Assembly: GCA_012719415.1 (NCBI GenBank)
Contig: JAAYAK010000137.1
Location: 835-64,834 of the forward strand
DNA length: 64,000 nt
Origin: Syntrophorhabdus sp.
Lineage (GTDB): Bacteria > Desulfobacterota > Syntrophorhabdia > Syntrophorhabdales > Syntrophorhabdaceae
Direction of reading: 5' to 3'
Both the position numbers and the translations under genes were made by a program. Positions within the stretch are counted from its first letter, which is position 1; the number at the start of each line of letters is the position of its first letter. A model generated the notes under the pieces. The model worked only from the letters and a program-made list of their open reading frames with translations. It made no database searches and had not been told where the DNA came from. Positions 54,854-62,016 of the stretch are shown here, in pieces.

Positions 54854-55918
54854 ATGTCAGGTAAAGAAACGAGATACACGCTGTGGTATGAGGAAACGCG
54901 GGGTGACGATTTCAACTTCGTGGGAAAAAAGAACGCCAACCTGGGCGAAATGATCAGCGCCGGCATCAGGGTGAGTCCCGGTTTCTGCATCACTATAAAC
55001 GCCAACGACAGGTTCATCACCGACACGGGGATACGGGAGAAGATCGAGACCTATGTGAAAGACATTGGCCCCGTGGCCCTGGAGACGACGAGAAGGGCGA
55101 GTGAATACGCGATCGGTCTCATTGAATCATGCGCGATACCGGCGGAGATCGAGGACGAGATCCTGACGGGCTACCGGAGGCTTTCTCAAATGTCGGGTGG
55201 CACCGATGTGCCCGTCGCGGTGAGGAGCAGCGGGGCGATATCCATGCCGGGTCAGATGGAAACCTACCTGAACATTCGGGGCGAGAAGGATCTCATAGAA
55301 TACGTGAAGAAGTGTTGGAGCAGTGCCTATAACGTGGAAGCCATCATGTACCGGGCCAACAGGGGGATGGGTTTTCTCTTCAACATCGGGGTCGGTATCC
55401 CCAGGATGGTCAATTCCCGGGTGTCCGGTATCATATTCACCATAAACCCCCTCAACGGCGATCCTTCGAAGATCTCCATCGACGCGAGCTACGGGTTGGG
55501 CGAGGCTGTTGTGAGCGGTCTTGTCACTCCCGATACGTTCCTTGTGGACAAGATCACCCTGGATCCGGTGAAGACCACGGTGGGGAGCAAAGAGGTCAGG
55601 TGCGTCTACCGCCAGAATGGCAGCGACATTGTTCAGACAGACGTGCCCGACGACATGCGCCGGAGGCTCTGCGTTTCTCCCGAGGAAGTGCGTGAGCTCT
55701 GCCGTCTTGGCAAGTTGATAGAGGAGTACTATGGAAAGGCCTACGACATCGAGTTTGGGATCGATGCCGATCTGCCGTTTCCGGACAACATCATCATACT
55801 GCAGGTCAGACCCGAATCCGTCTGGAGCAAGAAGGAAGTGGCCGCCAAAACGGAGCGGAAGAAGGATCCCATGGAAAGGATCCTCGGTCAGCTTCTGACG
55901 GGCGTCAGGCTGAAGTGA
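54854..55918 (+). CDS. PPDK_N-type ATP-grasp protein, phenylphosphate synthase beta (PpsB)-like
   Basis: 354 aa from the ATG at 54854, with an AAGGAGG Shine-Dalgarno. FVGKKNANLGEM and VAVRSSG motifs match the PEP-synthase/PPDK nucleotide-binding domain. There is no His domain. Confidence 0.8.
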   Translation: MSGKETRYTLWYEETRGDDFNFVGKKNANLGEMISAGIRVSPGFCITINANDRFITDTGIREKIETYVKDIGPVALETTRRASEYAIGLIESCAIPAEIEDEILTGYRRLSQMSGGTDVPVAVRSSGAISMPGQMETYLNIRGEKDLIEYVKKCWSSAYNVEAIMYRANRGMGFLFNIGVGIPRMVNSRVSGIIFTINPLNGDPSKISIDASYGLGEAVVSGLVTPDTFLVDKITLDPVKTTVGSKEVRCVYRQNGSDIVQTDVPDDMRRRLCVSPEEVRELCRLGKLIEEYYGKAYDIEFGIDADLPFPDNIIILQVRPESVWSKKEVAAKTERKKDPMERILGQLLTGVRLK

Positions 55919-55935
55919 GAGGCAAAAGCCGGGGA

Positions 55936-57195
55936 ATGGTTAAAAGGACCCTGCTTATAGTAGCCACGTTGGACACGAAGGGCAAAGAGGCCGCCTACGT
56001 GAAGGAGTGCGTCGAGTCTCTGGGTGTGGATGTCCTCGTAATGAACGTGGGAACGATGTCTGAACCCTCAATGGGGGCCGACTTTTCCCTTGAGAACGTC
56101 TTGAAGGCGGCGGGCCGGGGTCCGTTCCCGGGCACATCGGGTGTGCTTCGCCGCTCCGAAGCGGTTGAAGCGGTGCAAGAGGGTGGGATTGCCATCGCGC
56201 GGAGGCTGTTGAGCGAAGGACGTGTGGACGGCATACTCGGTCTTGGTGGAGGCACCGGTACCTCAATTGCCGCCGCTGTCATGCGGTCTTTGCCCTTCGG
56301 AATACCGAAGGTGATGGTCTCCACGGTGGCCTCACGGGATGTCAGGCAGTACGTCGGAACAAAGGACATCGTCATGTTCCACAGCGTGGCGGACCTTTTG
56401 GGATGGAACCATTTTGTCGGTCGGGTCCTTCAACAGGCGGCCCATGCCGTTTATGCCATGATGGAGGTCGGTGTCACAGGAAAAGAGGGGAGGCCGATGG
56501 TGGCCGTCACAGCCTACGGGATAAACTCGCGCTGCGCCATGAATGTGGAACCCCTGCTTGAGGAGAGGGGATACGAGATGATCGGTTTCCACGCAAACGG
56601 CGTCGGTGGAATGGCAATGGAGGAGATGACGGGTGAAGGGCTCATAGAGGGTGTGCTCGATCTCACGGTCCACGAGGTGGCGGACGAGATGTTCGGGGGT
56701 TATTGCAGGGGGATCGGGCAAAGAAGGTTCAGGGCTGCGGGCGAAGTCGGGATACCCCTCCTTGTGGCCCCCGGAGGTCTTGACAACGCGGTCTTCAGCC
56801 CGTTCTATCCGATGCCGGACAGGCTGAAAGGCAGAAGGCGGCGCGATCATGACGACAGGTTCTGTGTTCGCATGGAGCGTGAAGAGATGATCGTCTTCGC
56901 GAGGATCATCGCTGAAAGGCTGAATGATTCCCGAGGACAGGTCTTTGTGCTCATACCATCGCGGGGCTTCTCAGAGGCCGACAGACAGGGCGAGGAGCTT
57001 TACGACCCCGAGACGGACCGGGTTTTCACCGAGGAGTTGAAAGGGTTGCTCAGGGAAGACATTGCCCTTGAAGAGATGGATGCGCACATAAGCGACCCCG
57101 AGTTTGCGAGCCGCGCGGTGTATGTCATCGACACGATGATCCGGGCGAGACGTCAGGCCGGGACAGAGAAGCCTGAAGCGGGACGTCAAGCATGA
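55936..57195 (+). CDS. UPF0261 (Tm-1 N-terminal-like) protein, copy 2
   Basis: About 419 aa. LLIVATLDTKG, DGILGLGGGTGT and RSLPFGIPKVMVST are colinear with copy 1. The stop overlaps the next gene (ATGA). Confidence 0.75.
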   Translation: MVKRTLLIVATLDTKGKEAAYVKECVESLGVDVLVMNVGTMSEPSMGADFSLENVLKAAGRGPFPGTSGVLRRSEAVEAVQEGGIAIARRLLSEGRVDGILGLGGGTGTSIAAAVMRSLPFGIPKVMVSTVASRDVRQYVGTKDIVMFHSVADLLGWNHFVGRVLQQAAHAVYAMMEVGVTGKEGRPMVAVTAYGINSRCAMNVEPLLEERGYEMIGFHANGVGGMAMEEMTGEGLIEGVLDLTVHEVADEMFGGYCRGIGQRRFRAAGEVGIPLLVAPGGLDNAVFSPFYPMPDRLKGRRRRDHDDRFCVRMEREEMIVFARIIAERLNDSRGQVFVLIPSRGFSEADRQGEELYDPETDRVFTEELKGLLREDIALEEMDAHISDPEFASRAVYVIDTMIRARRQAGTEKPEAGRQA

Positions 57196-57578
57196 GAGAT
57201 GCGTTATTGACGGATCTGGTAGAGGAGAAGGGGGCATTCAGGATATCGGCCGTCCTGCACGTCATGGGCGACGACCTGGTAGTGGTCCTTCAGGGAGGGA
57301 AAGGACATATCGGGGCCGTGGGCATCGCGCAGCCGAGGCCGGGCCTTTCTGATGCTGGCAGGACGAGTGCCACCTCTTCGGTCTACACCTTCCTGGGACA
57401 CAAGGAGGATGACATAGCAAAGACAATGGCGCAGGTGCTGGCAAGCGGTCTTCAACGCAGGGTCGTCGTCGTGGCCGGTCTGCACTGGGACGGGATAAGT
57501 CCCGAGGGGATCGATGAAGTCGTTGCCATGTGCCGAACGCTGACGACCAGGATCATGGAGGGGGCGGGAAGGAAATGA
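57192..57578 (+). CDS. Small LpdD-like protein (accessory subunit of UbiD-type decarboxylases), tentative
   Basis: 128 aa. The pattern L.V.GDDL.VVL.GG.GHIGAV.....HKEDDIAK.MA....SGL...VVVVAGLHWD.I...I matches my recollection of Lactiplantibacillus plantarum LpdD. ATGA overlaps on both sides. Confidence 0.45.
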   Translation: MRDALLTDLVEEKGAFRISAVLHVMGDDLVVVLQGGKGHIGAVGIAQPRPGLSDAGRTSATSSVYTFLGHKEDDIAKTMAQVLASGLQRRVVVVAGLHWDGISPEGIDEVVAMCRTLTTRIMEGAGRK

Positions 57579-58135
57579 AGAAGATCATTGTGGCAATCAC
57601 CGGGGCGACGGGCGTCATCTATGGGATAAGGCTCCTTGAAGTCCTGAGGGATTTCGATGTGGAAAGCCACCTGATCCTGTCCACACAGGCGAAGGCGAAC
57701 ATAGAGTGCGAGACGGACCGAAGCGCACAGGACGTGGAACAGCTTGCCTCAAAGGTGCACGATGTGAACAACCTCGCGGCACCAGTGTCGAGCGGTTCCT
57801 TCAGGACAGACGGGATGATCATTGCCCCCTGCACAATAAAGACCCTGTCCGCCATAGCCAATTCATATGACGACAATCTTGTTGTCAGGGCCGCGGACGT
57901 GGTTCTCAAGGAGCGCAGGAGGCTTATTGTAGCGGTGCGGGAGACCCCGCTCCACAAGGGGCATCTTGAATTGATGGCCAGGGTTGCCGATCTCGGAGGG
58001 ATCGTCCTGCCTCCCGTGCCCGCCTTCTATTTTCATCCCCGAACCATCGAAGACATCGTAGACCACGCCGTGGGGAAAATGCTGGACCTCATGGACATTG
58101 ACCATTCGCTGTTCAAGAGATGGCAAGGGGAATAG
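57575..58135 (+). CDS. ubiX: Flavin prenyltransferase UbiX
   Basis: 186 aa from the ATG at 57575. KIIVAITGATGVIYGIRLLEVL, MIIAPCTIKTLSAIANS and ERRRLIV..RETPL motifs. Confidence 0.92.
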   Translation: MKKIIVAITGATGVIYGIRLLEVLRDFDVESHLILSTQAKANIECETDRSAQDVEQLASKVHDVNNLAAPVSSGSFRTDGMIIAPCTIKTLSAIANSYDDNLVVRAADVVLKERRRLIVAVRETPLHKGHLELMARVADLGGIVLPPVPAFYFHPRTIEDIVDHAVGKMLDLMDIDHSLFKRWQGE

Positions 58136-58201
58136 AACGGGTAGGCCGTCATGCCCGCGTAAAGTGTTCCTCCAGTCCTTCGACGTTCGTCATGAAAGGC
58201 G

Positions 58202-59197
58202 TCAGCGGTGATCCTGCTCCTGGGTGATGGCGGCGAGCTTCCAGCCGCGTTCGCCTACCTTGCGCGCATAGGTCCAGTATTCGAGGAACTTCACCGGGTC
58301 CGTGGCACTGCCCGCAAGGACGGTGCCCGCCTCATCGGTGGTGAAGTCGAGCAGGCTCGCCGTGTACCGGACGGTGATGAACTCCTCTCCCTCGTCCTGC
58401 ACGGCATCGACGATCTCCACCTGCCGCACCGCTATGTTCTCGAGGCGGTTCACCTTTTTTTCCTCCAGGTAACGGTTGATATCTCCCTGGAAGATGTCCC
58501 GCATCTGCGGTGTCAGGAGGCTGGCGATGCCGCTGATGTCGCGGCGCGTCCAGCCGCCCTGGATATTGAAAAAGAGGTCCTCGGCCGTGTCCCGGAAGGA
58601 CTGTTCGTTGAATGCCGGGTCCATTTCGGCGATGTGGCGAAGACCGTCGGATACGGAGCCGCCGGCAGGCTGAGACGTGTAAGAATTGTCATAAGCCGGC
58701 TCGTTGTACGCGTAGGAGTTATAGCCTGACGGGGAGGCGGTGCTCATCTGCATCTGCCTCATTGCCTTGTAGCGCTTGTAGACGTAGTAGATGATCCCAG
58801 CTATGATAAGGAGGATGATGATGTCCCCGAAACCGAACCCTCCGCCGCCGTAGCCTCCCGTTCCACCATAACCGGACCTGCCGAAAAGCATGTTGCCGAT
58901 CATCCCGCCCATGAGGCCCCCGCCGAGGCCGTAGAGGAAGCTCCTTCGCGGGCTGTAAGGATTCGGCTGTTGCGGGTTGGCCGCCTGCTGGCGGGTCGGG
59001 TTTGTCGTGTTGTAGGGAGTGGACCGGTTATAGGAACCACCGGAGCTCCTGCTCCCCGAACTGAAACCCCGGGACCCCATGCTCCGTCCGCCGCCGGCCC
59101 GCGCCTCGGCGGCCGTTTCGAGGACAATGCAGGAGAGAAAGAACATCGCCACACCAATGATAAGGAATCCCGCTATTCTTTTCAGCCTCTGGTCCAT
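58202..59197 (-). CDS. Membrane protein with Gly-rich linker and C-terminal Tim44-like domain
   Basis: 331 aa. N-terminal TM, a low-complexity G/S/Y/N/P region, a second TM (IIILLIIAGIIYYVY), then a Tim44-like domain (FNEQSFRDTAEDLFFNIQGGW...EYWTYAR....WKLAAI). Confidence 0.7.
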   Translation of the reverse strand: MDQRLKRIAGFLIIGVAMFFLSCIVLETAAEARAGGGRSMGSRGFSSGSRSSGGSYNRSTPYNTTNPTRQQAANPQQPNPYSPRRSFLYGLGGGLMGGMIGNMLFGRSGYGGTGGYGGGGFGFGDIIILLIIAGIIYYVYKRYKAMRQMQMSTASPSGYNSYAYNEPAYDNSYTSQPAGGSVSDGLRHIAEMDPAFNEQSFRDTAEDLFFNIQGGWTRRDISGIASLLTPQMRDIFQGDINRYLEEKKVNRLENIAVRQVEIVDAVQDEGEEFITVRYTASLLDFTTDEAGTVLAGSATDPVKFLEYWTYARKVGERGWKLAAITQEQDHR

Positions 59198-59243
59198 ATT
59201 CTATTCAGTACCCCCTATTGATAGTGGAATCCTGTAAAGCCCA

Positions 59244-59273
59244 AGGATATCATATAGCTTTCCGGGATGTCAA
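59244..59273 (-). promoter_or_regulatory. Sigma70 extended -10 promoter upstream of the Tim44-like gene (copy B of the conserved 32-nt element)
   Basis: The minus strand reads TTGACA (59273..59268), an 18-nt spacer TCCCGGAAAGCTATATGA, then TATCCT (59249..59244). It lies about 47 nt upstream of the ATG at 59197. Confidence 0.5.
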
Positions 59274-59280
59274 AGAGTAG

Positions 59281-59293
59281 CGCCCTTCGGGCG
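59281..59293 (-). terminator. Small GC hairpin, possible intrinsic terminator remnant
   Basis: CGCCC-GAA-GGGCG on the minus strand, followed by CUACUCUUU. It sits between the long hairpin and promoter B. The U-tract is weak. Confidence 0.3.
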
Positions 59294-59302
59294 AACGAGC
59301 AC

Positions 59303-59446
59303 ACGGGTCGGCGCTCACGCGCCTCATGGGTCTGTCTGTAAGGGCAAACGGGGAAAGGCAAAGGGATGGATCCGAATAAGGTCTCCAACGCATGTGCCCG
59401 TTTGCGCGCTTGCGCGCAGACCCGTAGGCGCAAAGCGCCGACCCGT
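59303..59446 (-). other. About 144-nt imperfect rod-like inverted repeat directly after the UPF0016 stop codon
   Basis: Nested complementary segments are: ACGGGTCGGCGCT (59303..59315) with AGCGCCGACCCGT (59434..59446); GCGCCT with AGGCGC; GGGTCTG with CAGACCC; and GGCAAACGG with CCGTTTGCC-like (9 bp). That is about 35 bp in total around a ~44-nt loop. Confidence 0.6.
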
Positions 59447-60097
59447 TCACGCCTTTGCGTTGTTCCGGCGGGCGATGAGGACGGTCAGAAGGACAATGAG
59501 GGCGAGCCCCACCATTATTGCGGGCGGTGTGAGCAGACTTTTCGGCAGGTACTGATAGAGACCGACGGCGCCGAAGAGCATGAAGATGATGGCGGCGAAC
59601 CATTTGACGAAACGCTCGGGGATCTTCTTGCCCATGACGATCCCGATGATGATGCCGATGGCGTCGGCGATGATCATCGCCGTCGTGGTGCCGAGCCAGA
59701 CGACGATGATGTTGCTGTATTTCGTTGCGAGGGCCACGGTGGCGAGTTGGGTCTTGTCTCCCATCTCGGCGAAGAAAAAGGCCACGGCGACGGTCCAGAA
59801 GGGGCTGAAGTTGAACCGTTTGTCTTCCCCTTCCAGGGTGTCTCCCCGGATGGTCCAGAGGCCAAAGAGTATGAAAGAGGCGGAAGCCGCTATCTGGATG
59901 TACTGTATGGGGACGAACTTCGTGAGATAGCTCCCGGCGACGACGGCGAGGAAATGGTTGACGAGGGTCGCGACGAACACCCCCCACAGCACCGTCTGCC
60001 AGCGATACCGTGAAGCGAAGGCCATTGCGAGAAGCTGGGTCTTGTCACCCATCTCGGCGAGAACGACGAAGATGACCGATGCCAGGTATACACCCAC
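59447..60097 (-). CDS. UPF0016 (TMEM165/GDT1-family) cation transporter, probable Mn2+/Ca2+ exporter
   Basis: 216 aa, GTG start. There are two copies of the E-x-G-D-K-[TS] motif (LAEMGDKTQLLAM and FAEMGDKTQLATV) in a 6-TM duplicated topology. Confidence 0.85.
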   Translation of the reverse strand: MGVYLASVIFVVLAEMGDKTQLLAMAFASRYRWQTVLWGVFVATLVNHFLAVVAGSYLTKFVPIQYIQIAASASFILFGLWTIRGDTLEGEDKRFNFSPFWTVAVAFFFAEMGDKTQLATVALATKYSNIIVVWLGTTTAMIIADAIGIIIGIVMGKKIPERFVKWFAAIIFMLFGAVGLYQYLPKSLLTPPAIMVGLALIVLLTVLIARRNNAKA

Positions 60098-60120
60098 GGG
60101 AACCCTCCGGAATCCTGAGG

Positions 60121-60255
60121 CACAAAAAAACGAGACTCCTCAGCATGCAGCACATCGCACACCGAAGGTCTCGCTAATTGGCTTGTGCCGGCCAACGGCA
60201 GGACCAGGGTCGCCCCAGCATGTTGATCCTGCCTGTCTAGCTACTCCCCTTCAAC
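60121..60255 (-). promoter_or_regulatory. yybP-ykoY (Mn2+) riboswitch with terminator-type expression platform
   Basis: The minus strand reads GAAGGGGAGUAGCUAGACAGGCAGG...CCUGCCGUUGGCCGGCACAAGCCAAUUAGCGAGACCUUC. It has the conserved GGGGAGUAG 5' element (60249..60241) and the AUUAGCGAGACCUU 3' element, closed by GAAGG/CCUUC. Downstream, GUCUCG plus U7 (60136..60124) can pair with the aptamer CGAGAC to form a terminator. Confidence 0.85.
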
Positions 60256-60269
60256 AACAACGTAGCGTC

Positions 60270-60299
60270 AGTATACACCAGGATAAGGGAGGGAATCAA
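60270..60299 (-). promoter_or_regulatory. Sigma70-type promoter driving the riboswitch/UPF0016 transcript
   Basis: The minus strand reads TTGATT (60299..60294), an 18-nt spacer, then TATACT (60275..60270). It lies about 15-20 nt upstream of the aptamer 5' end. Confidence 0.45.
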
Positions 60300-60422
60300 G
60301 AATTCGGAGAAAGTGGCGCACGCTTTGCTCAACGGGACTGGACAGGATTGTGCCTTGTAAATTGACGCAATTTGCTGCACAATAGAGAAAAACCCGAGAT
60401 TGATCGTTAGAGGGGGCTCACG

Positions 60423-61100
60423 TTGGATAGAGAACGCATCGAGCGCATTGTCGAGAACAAGTATTCCCTTCTTCTCTTCTTCCTGGTCACGCTGCTTCTG
60501 GCCTCTCTTCTGACCGTTCACCATAATGTGCTGCACTTCACTGTCGGTTCCCTCTTCGCCATTGTGGTCTTCATTATCATGCTGAAGATATTGAAGGCCT
60601 CCCGCCTCCTCTTCGCGGTATACATAGTCCTCTCCGTCGTGGCGCTCCTTCTGCACTACCTGGCCGTTTTCGCCATTCGCAGCAAGCCCCTGGTGATCGT
60701 CACCCTCGTTGTCTATATTGTGATGATCGGGATACTCATCGTGTTTGTGATCCGCCGAATGTTCTCGGAGAAGCTGGTCACCGGCGACACCATAAAAGGC
60801 GGCATTTCCGTGTACATTATGATAGGAACGTGGTGGCAGATGGTCTACCAGCTACTCTGGCTGCACGATCCCCGGTCCTTCCTGTTCCCCGGTAACGTCT
60901 TTTTGCAGGGGGATCTCCTCTATTACAGCTTCAGCACGATGACATGCCTGGGGTTCGGCGACATCCTGCCCAGGTCCTATCCCGCGAAAATGTGTTCCAT
61001 GATACAGGCCCTGGTGGGACAGCTCTATGTGGCTGTCTTCGTAGCCCGTCTTGTGGGTTTGCACGTGGCAGTGCATTCCCGGAAACATGAGAAGCAGTAG
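60423..61100 (+). CDS. Two-TM-type potassium-channel-like membrane protein (Ion_trans_2)
   Basis: 225 aa, TTG start with a GAGGGGG Shine-Dalgarno. Several TM helices and a pore signature (YYSFSTMTCLGFGDILP). Confidence 0.7.
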   Translation: MDRERIERIVENKYSLLLFFLVTLLLASLLTVHHNVLHFTVGSLFAIVVFIIMLKILKASRLLFAVYIVLSVVALLLHYLAVFAIRSKPLVIVTLVVYIVMIGILIVFVIRRMFSEKLVTGDTIKGGISVYIMIGTWWQMVYQLLWLHDPRSFLFPGNVFLQGDLLYYSFSTMTCLGFGDILPRSYPAKMCSMIQALVGQLYVAVFVARLVGLHVAVHSRKHEKQ

Positions 61101-61107
61101 GCCTGAC

Positions 61108-61350
61108 TCAGTGTTTCCTGATCTCCTCGTGCCAGACTTTGTCCGGGTGGTACTTAAAGGAGATGTTGAGCCTCACGCGGTAGCTTACCACCTTCCCGTT
61201 CTCCAGGGTCACATCCTGGGTCACGACCTCACCGACGCGCAGGTCATGGACACTCTTCGCGGCGGTCTCTATGGCCGACCTTGCCGCGTCTTCCCATGAT
61301 GTCGTGCTGGTGCCCACGATCTCATTGACGACGTACACACTCTCTCCCAT
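61108..61350 (-). CDS. Dodecin-family flavin-binding protein
   Basis: 80 aa. VYVVNEIVGTSTTSWEDAARSAIETAAKSVHDLRVGEV....V.LENGKVVSYRVRLNISF matches the dodecin pattern. Confidence 0.8.
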   Translation of the reverse strand: MGESVYVVNEIVGTSTTSWEDAARSAIETAAKSVHDLRVGEVVTQDVTLENGKVVSYRVRLNISFKYHPDKVWHEEIRKH

Positions 61351-61475
61351 GGCGACCTCCTTGCCGTTCCTGAGCGTTATAAGGTGTTAATAGCACAAAT
61401 GAAAGGCGTGTCAAGGAGCGCTGGCTTCAGGTCGGCCCGAAAATGGCGATAATATTGCATTGAGGAGAGGATGAG

Positions 61476-61955
61476 ATGGAGATCGGACGTGCCATAAGGG
61501 AGCGGGCGGAGATGCTCGAGAACACGTCGCTCAGCATGGACTTCTCGTACGAGGAGCTTGTCACCCTTGCAGGTTACATGGGCACCATGACCTACAGGAA
61601 GGGAACGACTATCTTTGAGGAGGGCGACAGGGAGATCTTCATGTGTGTCGTGGTGAAGGGCGGCGTCATCATCCTGAAGAGGGACGAGCGCATGGACCCC
61701 AAGCGCGTGACTGCAATAGGCGTGGGGAAGGTCATAGGCGAGATGTCCATGATAGACGGCAGTCCCCGCTCCGCCACGGCAACGGCGGCCGCCGACACCA
61801 TCCTCGTTGTCCTCTCGAAGGAAAGCATGGACCGCCTTTTCAGGGAAAAGCCCTACGTTGGCCTCAAACTGCTCAAGAAGATCGCGTACTCCATGAGTCA
61901 GAGGCTGCGCCGGACAACGGGTGTGCTCGTGGATTACCTTGAAAGAAATAACTGA
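61476..61955 (+). CDS. Stand-alone cyclic-nucleotide-binding (cNMP/CAP effector) domain protein
   Basis: 159 aa. FEEGD......VVVKG....K..........G.GKVIGEMSMIDG.PRSATA.A. It has no DNA-binding HTH. Confidence 0.8.
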   Translation: MEIGRAIRERAEMLENTSLSMDFSYEELVTLAGYMGTMTYRKGTTIFEEGDREIFMCVVVKGGVIILKRDERMDPKRVTAIGVGKVIGEMSMIDGSPRSATATAAADTILVVLSKESMDRLFREKPYVGLKLLKKIAYSMSQRLRRTTGVLVDYLERNN

Positions 61956-62016
61956 ATCATCTCACCTGTCAACGCGGCATCGGGGACGAACCGGCAGCGG
62001 TCCGCACGCTCCCCGG

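Noticed and set aside
59366-60013. 215-aa plus-strand ORF overlapping the UPF0016 gene and the long hairpin
   Set aside because: It is antisense to a gene with two clear E-x-G-D-K-T transporter motifs. Its translation is Asp/Gly/Glu/Arg-rich low complexity. It is a shadow ORF.
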